DNA from: a virus
Lineage: Duplodnaviria; Caudoviricetes
Virus record (IMG/VR): IMGVR_UViG_3300006153_000003
Reading direction: 5' to 3' (one strand)
DNA: 64,000 nt
Part shown: one piece after another, positions 29,652 to 40,262 of the stretch
How positions within the stretch are numbered: position 1 is the first letter of the stretch
Layout of the letters: every line of letters starts with the position of its first letter
Program-made: the position numbers and the translations under genes
The notes under the pieces: generated by a model
The model's database searches: none
Seen by the model: only the letters and a program-made list of their open reading frames with translations
Told to the model about the DNA's origin: nothing

Positions 29652-31420
29652 TCTTCATCGTCATCTGAATTATTTGTACTCACCACAACAACATCTTCAA
29701 TAATTATTTGTGGTGTTCTAACCCCGTTATATTCGTTAATTGATGGTTTCCCTACAATATTAAAGACCACGCTATCATTTTCATCCCAGGCATTTTGAAG
29801 CCAATCATACAATTGATTACCTTCTTTACACTTGAACTGGATATATTTAATCTCATCAATCATAAAACTGATAGTATCTTCATTCTTACCAAATATCTCA
29901 AACTGCTCTTTTGTAAGACTGATATTTTCAATAGCGAGCATTGGTTCTTCGATACCTTGTCCGATAATATCTTCAAGTCTTGCTAAATCAGTCACAATTT
30001 TTATAGTTACATCATCAATATCCATAATGAAATCAACTCGGTATGTAGAATCATACTCAACATCTCGCAAAATATCATTGAGTCTGTTTAATGCGTCATC
30101 TTTTTTATCTATCTCTAAACCGACAATACCGAAAGCATTAGCATGACCTCTACCATCCAATATATTTGTGCTATTGACTATATCCTTGAAACTATCAATA
30201 GGACTGTTATCAATATTTCTCGCACTACCACCATATGTAATCTTCCCTGTTTTCTTATCTAAAAATTTATTTAGTAAGATACATGGTTTATTAAACATTT
30301 CAGCAATTTTAATAGCCACAACGCCTGTTAAGCCATTGTCAAGAATATCGGAGGTGTCAATCATAACAACTTTATCTTCCTGTGGAATATGTTGTGCAAT
30401 CTCTGCAATTTGAGATACACATTTTTCTTTCTGTTTATCTTGCCTACTTTTGGCATTTTTACATAGTCTCGCCGCTCTTTCATATATGCTTTCTTGAATT
30501 ATTTCAGCAGGTTTGTCTTTAGTAGCACGTTTCTTATATTCAAAGAATTCATCCTGTTCAATAAATGCCCTAAATAATAATTCCTTTTCTTCTGGGGAAC
30601 CAATGCGGATCATTCCATTCAAAATCGGAGTAATATACCATTGAACATTATGAATATTTATCTTGCCACTCATACTATAATCCTGTGCATCTACAAGAGC
30701 TTTAAAGCATTTGTTTTTAATATTTAACAATCCCATATCTGTCAGATATCGTGTCTCAAAAGAACGCATATCCATTACATCACTTATATTTGCTAATGCA
30801 CATAAATCTAAATAATCATCTGCAAACTCATTCCAATTCTCTTCATCTAATGCTTGTAAGAAACGATATACTACTCCAGCACCACACAGATTTTTATTGG
30901 AATAATTATTACTTGTTTGGTTATTGACGATAACTGCATACGGATTTTCTTCTTCCTTTTCGTGGTGATCTAAAATTAAAATATCTATCTGACCATTTGA
31001 TAGTTTCTCACATTCAGTTACATCATTTGTTCCTGCGTCTGGAATAATCAATAATCTTATATCTTTAGGAACGACTACATCATCTGATAACCCATGCGCC
31101 TTTGCCCTTCCGTGTAAAATATAATCAACAGGGTAATCGCTATCCATCTGTTTTATATACAGATACATCATTGCAGCAGAGCAAAACCCGTCTGGATCTT
31201 CATCAACCAATATTGCAATTTTATTTTTTTGATTAATGTGTTTCATGAATAAATTAACTGCTTCTTCAATATGGTCTAAGTTTTGATATGGTTCAATAAC
31301 ACTTTCATCTAAGTTTAAATATCTGTTATAATCATTTATCCCTCTATTTTTAAGAACTTCTGCTAACACATTAGAAGTATCATTATTTCCGTTTTCATAT
31401 AATTTATATTGCAAATTCAC
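29645..31420 (-). CDS. recJ: RecJ-like DHH ssDNA exonuclease
   Basis: DEDPDG, LDHH, GAGV, GSAR and GHANAFG motifs. Confidence 0.92.
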   Translation of the reverse strand: MNLQYKLYENGNNDTSNVLAEVLKNRGINDYNRYLNLDESVIEPYQNLDHIEEAVNLFMKHINQKNKIAILVDEDPDGFCSAAMMYLYIKQMDSDYPVDYILHGRAKAHGLSDDVVVPKDIRLLIIPDAGTNDVTECEKLSNGQIDILILDHHEKEEENPYAVIVNNQTSNNYSNKNLCGAGVVYRFLQALDEENWNEFADDYLDLCALANISDVMDMRSFETRYLTDMGLLNIKNKCFKALVDAQDYSMSGKINIHNVQWYITPILNGMIRIGSPEEKELLFRAFIEQDEFFEYKKRATKDKPAEIIQESIYERAARLCKNAKSRQDKQKEKCVSQIAEIAQHIPQEDKVVMIDTSDILDNGLTGVVAIKIAEMFNKPCILLNKFLDKKTGKITYGGSARNIDNSPIDSFKDIVNSTNILDGRGHANAFGIVGLEIDKKDDALNRLNDILRDVEYDSTYRVDFIMDIDDVTIKIVTDLARLEDIIGQGIEEPMLAIENISLTKEQFEIFGKNEDTISFMIDEIKYIQFKCKEGNQLYDWLQNAWDENDSVVFNIVGKPSINEYNGVRTPQIIIEDVVVVSTNNSDDDEEW

Positions 31421-31426
31421 ACCTCT

Positions 31427-32452
31427 CTATCTCAATTTGTAAACATTATGTTCTACCATATATTGCCACTTTGTAGGATTATCTGAAGGTGATTCATGTT
31501 CGTTCAAAATATTGTCTTCATCATACATATAGAAAAGAGGAACCCCATCAGGAAATCTATCAGCTAACCTTTCTAATTCATCTTTTGTAACATCCTTATC
31601 AAAACAGAAAATAATCATTACTCCAAGCCTGACAAGCATATCTATTTGATGTTGCGATAATTCCTTACCTCCTGTTCCCCCACCGTTTCTATATGAATAA
31701 CTCCATAATTGCTGTGTAAATTTTTCTCCCTCACCTACAAATATCTTTCCAGATGATTTTATGTAATCAATAGTCTTGTATAATCCATAGATTATTTTTG
31801 ATCTTGCACACGGTTCTAAGTAGATATATTTGTTTTCGCCATCTGGGACTTCCCTATAAAAATATCTGCCTTTAATTCCTACTAAGTCACCAAGTTCTGA
31901 ACGAATAGGGATTGTATATCTATTACTTTCTTCATCAAAGCCAATCTCAAATTCTTTTTGCGTGGAATAATCTATATTATCTTCATAAAACAAATCGTTT
32001 CCATATCTTTTATAATAGGAAAGCACACTCTCACTAATTGGCTTTAATGGTTTCTCCTTTTCTATATTTGCATTTGAACTCATGTCATCAAGCATTTTCA
32101 AAATCTTAAAACTTTCTGGAATGTCTTCTTCAAAATCATGGTAATAAGACATTCCAATTTCATCACATATAAATTGTAATCCTTTAGGAAAGGTTAAATC
32201 TTTTGTATAACAGACTAAATCAATAATATCAGTCTTTCGATTTGTTTTAATCATCTGCCTTGTGTAGTTCTGACACATTAAATATTCGCTGTTATATAAA
32301 ACAATTGCTCCATTGTTATCTCCTGTTGCGTTTGCACAAGTCCAATAACCGTTTGAAGCATGATATTTGATATGGTGGCAACCAATGGATTCTAGGATTT
32401 GCTCAACATATCGGTTTTCATATATGTAATTCTTTAATTCTTTTACATCCAA
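31427..32452 (-). CDS. Phage primase-like protein (TOPRIM)
   Basis: IPIR, GR, KY, VGEGEK and FCFDKD motifs; position between helicase and RecJ. Confidence 0.8.
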   Translation of the reverse strand: MDVKELKNYIYENRYVEQILESIGCHHIKYHASNGYWTCANATGDNNGAIVLYNSEYLMCQNYTRQMIKTNRKTDIIDLVCYTKDLTFPKGLQFICDEIGMSYYHDFEEDIPESFKILKMLDDMSSNANIEKEKPLKPISESVLSYYKRYGNDLFYEDNIDYSTQKEFEIGFDEESNRYTIPIRSELGDLVGIKGRYFYREVPDGENKYIYLEPCARSKIIYGLYKTIDYIKSSGKIFVGEGEKFTQQLWSYSYRNGGGTGGKELSQHQIDMLVRLGVMIIFCFDKDVTKDELERLADRFPDGVPLFYMYDEDNILNEHESPSDNPTKWQYMVEHNVYKLR

Positions 32453-32467
32453 GTGCCACCCTCCAAA

Positions 32468-34015
32468 TTATTCTGTACTTTTAGGTTTTTTAATGATATA
32501 ACCTATATTTTTCCAAATATTAAAATTGAGATCTATTTCAAACAACATAACTTTGTCTTTACTACCAGCTCTATTTTTATCAGGTTTAATACAAAAGTAT
32601 TGCTTTTTTAAGTCTAAATCTTCTGTAACAGGCTCACCCCAACTATCATTTTCAGCGACCATTTGATATTTGTGATATTCGTCCTTATTCAGTTTCTTAC
32701 CAATATTCAAGATGTCAGCAACGTGCTTTATCTGCTTTGCATTTGCAATATTGTTACTGCTTAGACTGAAAATATCTGTAAACACAGTATCATCACTCAA
32801 CTGAAAGACTGCATAACCACTCATTCTTAATTCTTTTGTCAATTCTTTCAGCTTGGTAGCAAACTGTTTTATTTGTGACCAATCATCTGTGTTATATCCT
32901 TTTAATGTGTCATATCCATAATATTTAATGTTTTGAACCATCTTTGCTTTACGCAGTTCAAACTCAATCTGCTCTGGACTGTAATCATTACCAACATCTT
33001 TAAACAGCACTTTACCCTTACGGTCAGAGCTGTCGATCCATTCTGTTACAGTTTTTACTTGCCAATATTCGTCTGATTCTGACTGTACTCTTTTAATATA
33101 TTCTTCATTAGATTCTATATAGATACCAAAATCATCTATTTTTCTTCTAATGATTTCTCCCTTTTTATCATGGTACACACCAAGAACAATTTCTTTCTCT
33201 GGCTTTTCAAGTACAACACCATGTAAATCCTGAAATTCCTTATTGTTGATTACCGTTGTTATTAAACAGCTTCTCAAATCTTCTTCATCCATTTCATTAC
33301 TCATAAGAAAAAAATTTTCATTCTGTACAAGCGCAACATAGGCTGCTAATAATACCAGTTTTCTTGTTTTGCCCTCATTAGACAAGAAACCTTCAAATAA
33401 CAGTTTTGTATCTCTCATACCAAGGAAATATTCATTATACATATACCAGGGAAACGGTAAACCGAAATTTGGCTTTTCAAGATACTTATCAATCTGTACT
33501 GTGTTATTATCTGTAAGTTCTACTGCCTCTTCTCCTGCATTGATTACTGTGTGTATTTTGTCTGCCTTTGTGCGGATAATTCTATATATATCATTGGGTG
33601 ACATCTTATCGAAGTTCTTATGAGACAGAATCTTTTCAACTGGGAATCCATTTCTTCCATATTCCCTTACAAGAGAATACTTTTTGACTGTATCAAAATA
33701 ATTTTTACAGTCGTTTTCATCTGCAAGATTCATATATTGCTGTATAGTTTTCCAACCTTTGTATTGCTTATATGTGCTTAATCTTTCTGAATTCTGACTC
33801 ATAAACACATTCATTTTTGTCTCATCTACTGTCTGTGAAAAAGTCAAATAATATGTTTCAAAACTGTCATAAAAGAATTTTACTGCCGGATCTGAGAAGT
33901 CGTATTTGCTTCTCATAAAATTACCATAATTAACAAATGAATCAGGCTCTTTGAGTAGTGCGCCCACGAAACATATTTCTGCTTGGACATTTGAAGCACT
34001 ATGTTCTTCTGTCAA
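32468..34015 (-). CDS. DnaB-like replicative helicase
   Basis: AEICFVGALL N-terminus; SNEGKT, SNEM, QL and KNRAG motifs. Confidence 0.85.
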   Translation of the reverse strand: MTEEHSASNVQAEICFVGALLKEPDSFVNYGNFMRSKYDFSDPAVKFFYDSFETYYLTFSQTVDETKMNVFMSQNSERLSTYKQYKGWKTIQQYMNLADENDCKNYFDTVKKYSLVREYGRNGFPVEKILSHKNFDKMSPNDIYRIIRTKADKIHTVINAGEEAVELTDNNTVQIDKYLEKPNFGLPFPWYMYNEYFLGMRDTKLLFEGFLSNEGKTRKLVLLAAYVALVQNENFFLMSNEMDEEDLRSCLITTVINNKEFQDLHGVVLEKPEKEIVLGVYHDKKGEIIRRKIDDFGIYIESNEEYIKRVQSESDEYWQVKTVTEWIDSSDRKGKVLFKDVGNDYSPEQIEFELRKAKMVQNIKYYGYDTLKGYNTDDWSQIKQFATKLKELTKELRMSGYAVFQLSDDTVFTDIFSLSSNNIANAKQIKHVADILNIGKKLNKDEYHKYQMVAENDSWGEPVTEDLDLKKQYFCIKPDKNRAGSKDKVMLFEIDLNFNIWKNIGYIIKKPKSTE

Positions 34016-34032
34016 TCAATTATCACCACCAA

Positions 34033-34725
34033 TCATTCGAAAATATCATCAACCAAAGCAGATATATCATCTGAATCATTCTTTTCAGGTTTATTTGAAG
34101 TTGTATATCCAATACTTTTGCCAACAATATTTTCGCTTTTTTCTATTTCTTTTTCTGATGCTATAATCTTCTGTTTTTCAAGCCACTTTAAATAGCTGTC
34201 ATATTTATTAATCAAAATTGATAAGTCATAGTTGATACGCTTATCAGAACTCATTACGATTCCTTTTGTTTTGTTCCTATCTGCAATACCATTTAACATA
34301 TCAATCTTTCTTTTCCACATATCTAGCAAATGTTCTGGCGGTATTCCAACGGACATTCCCTTAAATGTACCATTATAAATTTCACCTAGTTTTTGCCATA
34401 CAGTTGTTGGTACAATTGTGACATCATACGCATCCTTTATGAACTCGAAAACATTTTCTTTCGTAACTGACAAACTTAAATGTTGATAGGATTCTTTTCT
34501 TATCTGATCTAAATGATCCAGAATCCATGTCCATTTTTGTGAAATATCTTCTCTCTTCATTTTTGAGCGTTTGTTGCATATATTGATAAAGCAACTACTA
34601 TGATATGTTTGTTTATCATAGTAGATTGCATCGTCAATATTGTTATTGTTTATGTAAAAGTATTCTTTGCAACATCCGCATTTTCTTTTTATTCCCATGT
34701 GTTGTTCTTCTTTTATATACCGCAT
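34033..34725 (-). CDS. Conserved phage replication protein with N-terminal Cys/His motif
   Basis: CGCC...HSSC; position in the SPbeta-like replication block. Confidence 0.6.
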   Translation of the reverse strand: MRYIKEEQHMGIKRKCGCCKEYFYINNNNIDDAIYYDKQTYHSSCFINICNKRSKMKREDISQKWTWILDHLDQIRKESYQHLSLSVTKENVFEFIKDAYDVTIVPTTVWQKLGEIYNGTFKGMSVGIPPEHLLDMWKRKIDMLNGIADRNKTKGIVMSSDKRINYDLSILINKYDSYLKWLEKQKIIASEKEIEKSENIVGKSIGYTTSNKPEKNDSDDISALVDDIFE

Positions 34726-34751
34726 TAGTCCACCTTTACATAAAAAATTAA

Positions 34752-35909
34752 TTACTGAAACATATCGAGAACTTTCTGCAAAACAGTAGCATCCGTCACA
34801 TTCTTATATGCTGTAGGTAGTCCTTCTGCTTCCAACTTTTCTTTCATTGCTTTCTTTTCCATAGGCGGTAGTGCATTTCGTTTAGCAATGATTTCTTTCT
34901 TCATTACCTCAATATCTACACTAGAACTATTTTCTTCAGCAGACTCCTCATTTGCAGGTTGTCCAACTTTACCAAGAATTTCCTTACTATAAATATCCTG
35001 TTCAATATCAACAGCCTTTGTAAGATCATTCTTAACAACAAATTGCTTCTTATTTGCAGTTTTATCAATAACTGCTTGCCAATCAACTAATGTAGGGTCT
35101 TCAATTGTGATTTCATCTTCATGCACATGTGTTCTATCCTTTTTAACAAATGCACAAACTATACCATCCTCATTTCTAAACATACGAATTTCTGTTTTCG
35201 CATTATGTGCCATTCCCTTAAATCCATCAGCAATCTTTCTTCCTGTAACAACACTCTGCGTTGTTCCATCTGGCAACTTAATATTTTCTTTTTCATCTGT
35301 TTCTCTTGCAGTAATAATCCAATGCGCACCAGAAGCCATCAAGTCAAGAATCAAATCCTGCCCCTTAAAATTGACTGTTTGATAATCTTTAAGCTCCATT
35401 CCTGCACCTTCAATTTTTACAAGTCGTGCGTCACCAACAAGACCATCTTTATCTGCCTTAACCTTGTTCCTTTTCTTAGAAAACTCAATAAGTCCCTGTT
35501 TAGTTGTTAAGGTAAGAATTGTTGTACCATCGACTACTATCGCATCAGCTCTAAATGGTTCTTTGTCAGCGTCTAAAACAATCTCATCTGTCTCTTCCCC
35601 ATCATCGTCAAGTTCATAAAAATCTTCTCCATTTTTAACCTTCGCAATATACTGTCTTACTTCACCAAGCGACTGTGTATATACAATATAAATATTTTCA
35701 AGATTTACACCGTTCTCTTCCAAATCTCCCAAATAATCATCAATTGAACCCGTTTCAGGATCAAGATACAACACTCTAAACGGCTTACCATCTGGACGTT
35801 TGAAATATGCTAACTGCATAGCCATAGTAGACTTACCCGTAAACGGTTCTCCATATAAAATCATTCCTAACTTACTCTGTGTTACTGACGCTTTTCTCGC
35901 CTTTGCCAT
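34752..35909 (-). CDS. AAA ATPase (Sak4/AAA_24-like)
   Basis: YGEPFTGKST, LDPETG and IVVDG motifs. Confidence 0.8.
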   Translation of the reverse strand: MAKARKASVTQSKLGMILYGEPFTGKSTMAMQLAYFKRPDGKPFRVLYLDPETGSIDDYLGDLEENGVNLENIYIVYTQSLGEVRQYIAKVKNGEDFYELDDDGEETDEIVLDADKEPFRADAIVVDGTTILTLTTKQGLIEFSKKRNKVKADKDGLVGDARLVKIEGAGMELKDYQTVNFKGQDLILDLMASGAHWIITARETDEKENIKLPDGTTQSVVTGRKIADGFKGMAHNAKTEIRMFRNEDGIVCAFVKKDRTHVHEDEITIEDPTLVDWQAVIDKTANKKQFVVKNDLTKAVDIEQDIYSKEILGKVGQPANEESAEENSSSVDIEVMKKEIIAKRNALPPMEKKAMKEKLEAEGLPTAYKNVTDATVLQKVLDMFQ

Positions 35910-35982
35910 TAAATTACCTCCGAAATAGTATTATTTTTTAAGAGTTGTGGAACGCCATTTCTGACGTTCCTTAGTCCAAGAA

Positions 35983-37053
35983 TTACTCCCAAGCTTCATC
36001 ATCGTCTGTATCAAGATTGGCTTCTCCCCAATCATCATTGTCAGTATCGCCACCAAAATCATTTTCAGCTTTGTTTGCCTGTGCAATCTTCGACATAGCT
36101 TCTGTAACATTTGCTTCTGTGTAAAGTTCCTTGTCAACAGTAGAACCCTTTGCGTTGGTAATGATAAATTCCCTCTTAGTAGGTGCAAGAACCTTCTCCA
36201 TAGATACTTCTTCACCCCAGTTGTCATCATCATCTTCAACTGTTTCTGTCTGTGTAGACGCTACCATATGACCGCTGACCTGAATCGCATTATATGGCTT
36301 TAAGGATTTCTTGAACTTATTTGCCAAATCCTTATTCTTGATAATAAACTCAACATCCTCAATGTTGCTGTATGTAATAACCTTTGCGGATACAATAAAT
36401 CTTCCAGTCGGTTTATCATTTTCCTTTTCCTGTTCAATACCCATAAACACAATTACCTGGATAAAGTCATTCTGCTGAGTGAAGTTCTCATCATTAAAAT
36501 CAATTTCTGAACAAAGTGAAATCTGATTAGGAACCAACTTGGTAGATGTCTTCTTATTACCGTTGTTATCCAAGAAGCTACTATAATCAAGACTACCTCT
36601 GATAAATACACTTGCTCCATCTTTCAGATTGTCATTTACTTCCTTGCAAGCATCAAAGTCTGTCATGACCTTTTTATCATTAACGGTCTTACCATTCTCA
36701 TCTACCTTCTTCTTTACTCCAATGTTCTTACCGATAAGACGGAATCCATCACGATTATAAGAAAATCTATCTGCCCAAGGAACCTTTGCAGTTTCAGGCT
36801 TATCGCCCTTCCTTTCAGCCTTCTTTGAGAAATACACATTTTCCTGCTCCATACCCTGTAAATTAACGTAGAGTGTGCTGCCTTCAGCGTATCCAACTCC
36901 AAAGTTAATCATTCTCATATCCTTGTTGCTCTTGGTCTTAATTTCCTTATAGAAGTTTTCCTTCTCTACGCCACTAACAACGCCCTTCAACTGGAATGAT
37001 CCTTTTGTCTCAGGTAAATCAAATAGTCTTCCCTTTTTCTTTGTTTCTGTCAT
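35983..37053 (-). CDS. Putative ssDNA-binding protein
   Basis: Beta-rich body with acidic tail ending DDDEAWE; first gene of the replication block. Confidence 0.6.
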   Translation of the reverse strand: MTETKKKGRLFDLPETKGSFQLKGVVSGVEKENFYKEIKTKSNKDMRMINFGVGYAEGSTLYVNLQGMEQENVYFSKKAERKGDKPETAKVPWADRFSYNRDGFRLIGKNIGVKKKVDENGKTVNDKKVMTDFDACKEVNDNLKDGASVFIRGSLDYSSFLDNNGNKKTSTKLVPNQISLCSEIDFNDENFTQQNDFIQVIVFMGIEQEKENDKPTGRFIVSAKVITYSNIEDVEFIIKNKDLANKFKKSLKPYNAIQVSGHMVASTQTETVEDDDDNWGEEVSMEKVLAPTKREFIITNAKGSTVDKELYTEANVTEAMSKIAQANKAENDFGGDTDNDDWGEANLDTDDDEAWE

Positions 37054-37362
37054 TAAATAAATGTCCTCCTGTAAAATAAAATTATTTTAAATATTTTCAG
37101 ATCTTATATAACATCAACAGCCCTCCCAGGACTGGAACATAGAGATTAAATCTATATAAAATCTATGTTAATCAGTGGTCTATGGCTAAATTTGGCGTAA
37201 TTTAACCAAGGGTATGCTGCTAACCACCAAAAACGAATATAACTGTTCAGTTGTAATTATGATTTTTCACGGATAATCATGTGCTGAAATGATTGATATG
37301 TTCCTAAATATATTCTTCTTTATTTGATAGACTTTCTTACATGAATTCGATTCTTCTAACCT

Positions 37363-37590
37363 CTATTTTGCCATCTTTACTCTTTCTTCTTTTTCCTTCG
37401 CCAATCGATAATTCAATTTTGCCATCACACTCTTCCACTCTGAAATTCGTGTTTTATGTGATGTATTCTTCCCAGGTCGTGTCAATTGCTCTTCATAATA
37501 TTCCCGGGTTCCTTCTGAAAATGGATTGGGTTTGTAGCTATAAGTTTTACCCAGTTCTCTTCTTCTGTTCATTTTCTGGTCTCTTGCCAT
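37363..37590 (-). CDS. Hypothetical basic protein
   Basis: AAGGAG RBS; 75 aa. Confidence 0.55.
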   Translation of the reverse strand: MARDQKMNRRRELGKTYSYKPNPFSEGTREYYEEQLTRPGKNTSHKTRISEWKSVMAKLNYRLAKEKEERVKMAK

Positions 37591-37847
37591 ACTATTCTTC
37601 TCCTTTACATTTTCATATTTTTCTAAAAACCTTTTCTTATTTACAAATATCTTTTTTACTGATAAAATTATAATGGATATATTTTAACTGTATTACCACA
37701 TTGCAGTTCGCCAAGCATGATCATATATCTGGTATTTACCATGTGGGAGCGCCAATGTAAGATAGGCGCTAGGATGAATAATTCTGCTCATTCTGAGCAA
37801 TACAAATATCCTGTTTGAAAATTCTTACAGGAAGGAGGGTAGAGAGG

Positions 37848-38033
37848 TTGTACATTATTATAACTTTAGGATGTGCAATCATTGGTCTTATTGCTATTGG
37901 TATGTACTATCATTCAAAAAACCATACCGTTGACCAAATTTGTAATCATCCTGAACTATCGGATGACAAAGTATGGTCAATTACAAGCATGATGACCAAA
38001 CAACATAAAAAATTCTTTCACAAAAACAGTTAA
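37848..38033 (+). CDS. Small membrane protein (61 aa) behind a structured leader
   Basis: AAGGAGG RBS, TTG start, N-terminal TM helix; hairpin terminator at 38095-38116. Confidence 0.6.
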   Translation: MYIIITLGCAIIGLIAIGMYYHSKNHTVDQICNHPELSDDKVWSITSMMTKQHKKFFHKNS

Positions 38034-38150
38034 TCAATTAATTCTCTAACCACCGTATTTATCTTTTTATATTATTCATCAATTCTTCTAATTTGAGGGC
38101 TGATTATTCAGTCCTCTATATTAATAAATATATTGCCTACCCTTATGGTT

Positions 38151-38552
38151 TTAATCAATAGTCTTCACATCTACAGGGATCCACATATTCGGGTTGAAGT
38201 TTAATGTATATCTATACTTTGAAACTGCATTTTCTCCCAGATTAAGATCCTCTACAACATAAGTCACATTATCACTCAATCCAACAAAATGTTTTACATA
38301 TGTACCATCATCTTCAACGATAATCTCAAGCTGATTATCATCCACATCTGCAGTGATTGACATCTTCCCAGTCATTTGAAATAAAACATCTCCTTCAATA
38401 CAATTAATAACTGTGAGTTGACGTACCACATTAAAGTTATCTGCCTCCTGTGTCAAATTATAATCAACTCTACTTGCTTCTGTTTCACACCCTGTTAATG
38501 TAGTTGCTGCTAAACCTCCTGCTAATAACACTCCTAATAATTTCTTTCTCAT
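38151..38552 (-). CDS. Phage lipoprotein
   Basis: Signal peptide with LTGC lipobox. Confidence 0.75.
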   Translation of the reverse strand: MRKKLLGVLLAGGLAATTLTGCETEASRVDYNLTQEADNFNVVRQLTVINCIEGDVLFQMTGKMSITADVDDNQLEIIVEDDGTYVKHFVGLSDNVTYVVEDLNLGENAVSKYRYTLNFNPNMWIPVDVKTID

Positions 38553-38573
38553 TTATTTATTCTCCTTTTCTAA

Positions 38574-38774
38574 TTATTTTTTCATTCCTTTTAAATTTAA
38601 TGACTTTTCACAGAAATCTTTAATATCTTCAACTGTCTTACCTTCATTACACATATTTAGGATAGCTCCCAGGATCCCCGTTGCACCTGCTTTTAACCCA
38701 GCAAATCGTACTTCTTCAAATTTCTTGTTAAATTCTGTATTCAAATGTTTTTCCTGGCTCTTTGTTAGTGACAT
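38574..38774 (-). CDS. Hypothetical phage protein
   Basis: AAGGAG RBS. Confidence 0.55.
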   Translation of the reverse strand: MSLTKSQEKHLNTEFNKKFEEVRFAGLKAGATGILGAILNMCNEGKTVEDIKDFCEKSLNLKGMKK

Positions 38775-38798
38775 ATATATTACTTCTCCTTTTTCATT

Positions 38799-39116
38799 TT
38801 ATCCAATAGTAAATCCACAAAATCTTTTTATAAAATCGGGTTCTTCAATCTTAAAATACTCATCCTTTTCTCTGTCATATTCAAACCACCATCTTCTATG
38901 TGCCTGATGATATAAACCAACCTCACATTCTTCAATGAGTGCATATTTATAACAGGTTTCATTTATATCACAAATATTTCCCATCACTGCCGACTGAGCA
39001 ACTTCAAATTCAGGATACCAACCAACAAGTCTTTCTGATCCAAACTCAGGGAATTTTGTTTGCCTATTAATGGATAACTCTGTCATTACCATGATTGTAT
39101 ATATCTTGTTCAACAC
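38799..39116 (-). CDS. Hypothetical phage protein
   Basis: ORF in operon, GAGG RBS. Confidence 0.6.
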   Translation of the reverse strand: MLNKIYTIMVMTELSINRQTKFPEFGSERLVGWYPEFEVAQSAVMGNICDINETCYKYALIEECEVGLYHQAHRRWWFEYDREKDEYFKIEEPDFIKRFCGFTIG

Positions 39117-39125
39117 ATCGCCTCA

Positions 39126-39596
39126 TCAAATATTTTTTCTAACTTTCTGTCGACTATATTCTTCTAAAAGTAAGTCAATATTATGTTCTTTGTTATATCT
39201 ATCACATACATCCTGAGCTTCTTCTTTACTACCAAAATATGTATTTATCTTATCTTCTTGTTTTTTGATTATAAGACCATATCCACTACTATCATTTGTG
39301 TATATTTCTAATGATTTATTTCTGTTTTTAAAAGATATAACACTTTTAATTTTCTCTGGCTTACTTAAAATCTTTTCTATAATTTCTTTAGTTTCAAATG
39401 AACCATTACATTCAGGGCACTTGAACTCTTTACCTTTTACTAATATTTTACCCGTATTATCACAATATGCGCATTTTTTATGAAATCTAAATCTATATAT
39501 TTTGTTTGAAATAGGATATATGGTTTGTCCCAGTTTGAATGTACCGGCTTCATAGCCACAATCTATTATCTCGTCTGCATACATTTTCTGTATCAC
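39126..39596 (-). CDS. Zn-ribbon (CxxC...CxxC) hypothetical protein
   Basis: CAYCDNTG and CPECNG. Confidence 0.6.
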   Translation of the reverse strand: MIQKMYADEIIDCGYEAGTFKLGQTIYPISNKIYRFRFHKKCAYCDNTGKILVKGKEFKCPECNGSFETKEIIEKILSKPEKIKSVISFKNRNKSLEIYTNDSSGYGLIIKKQEDKINTYFGSKEEAQDVCDRYNKEHNIDLLLEEYSRQKVRKNI

Positions 39597-39627
39597 CTTC
39601 CATCACTTAAATCCAAGATTCTATCAC

Positions 39628-39849
39628 TTAAAATTCTTCCTCTGGATAATCAGGCTCTTCTAATTCCATTCCTAAAATGCATCCAACTTCATACGCTGCC
39701 CAACTTGTACCAGATTCATATCCATCATCAAAACAATCACTATTATTGCCAGAAGACCTTTCGCATGTCCATCCTGTAGTATATTGTTTATAATTATCTT
39801 TTACCCATTTCTCTAATTTCTTTCTAATATTATTCTCCACCATCAACAT
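39628..39849 (-). CDS. Hypothetical phage protein
   Basis: ORF bracketed by junction motifs at 39607 and 39862. Confidence 0.6.
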   Translation of the reverse strand: MLMVENNIRKKLEKWVKDNYKQYTTGWTCERSSGNNSDCFDDGYESGTSWAAYEVGCILGMELEEPDYPEEEF

Positions 39850-39875
39850 TCCTTTATTTAGATAAAATTAACCTT

Positions 39876-40229
39876 TTATTCCACACTATCTTTTGCCGGA
39901 CAATTTACACAAGACAAATTACAACATTCTCCACAAAATACTCCATTGGGATTCCACCCCATTCCTTCATCATGAATGCCACCTAATTCGTCTTTGAGTA
40001 CAACATCTGTATTTTTCATCCAATCCATTACTTCTATAAGGGATGAATCAAAAGTAAATTCCGAATTAAGTTTTATGGTATTCCATTCGGAATATAGTTG
40101 TTTTAATTCTTTAACAATCTCATCATACGCAAAAATTTGTCCAGCTCTTAAATCAACATTGTAAATGGACTCACTAATCGTACTTAAGCCACATTCTTTT
40201 CCAATATCTAATGCTGTTAATAAATGCAC
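39876..40229 (-). CDS. Hypothetical phage protein with Cys-rich C-terminus
   Basis: GGAGGT RBS; bracketed by junction motifs at 39862 and 40241. Confidence 0.6.
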   Translation of the reverse strand: MHLLTALDIGKECGLSTISESIYNVDLRAGQIFAYDEIVKELKQLYSEWNTIKLNSEFTFDSSLIEVMDWMKNTDVVLKDELGGIHDEGMGWNPNGVFCGECCNLSCVNCPAKDSVE

Positions 40230-40262
40230 TTTTACCTCCTTTGAATCTCTGGATTTATTGCT

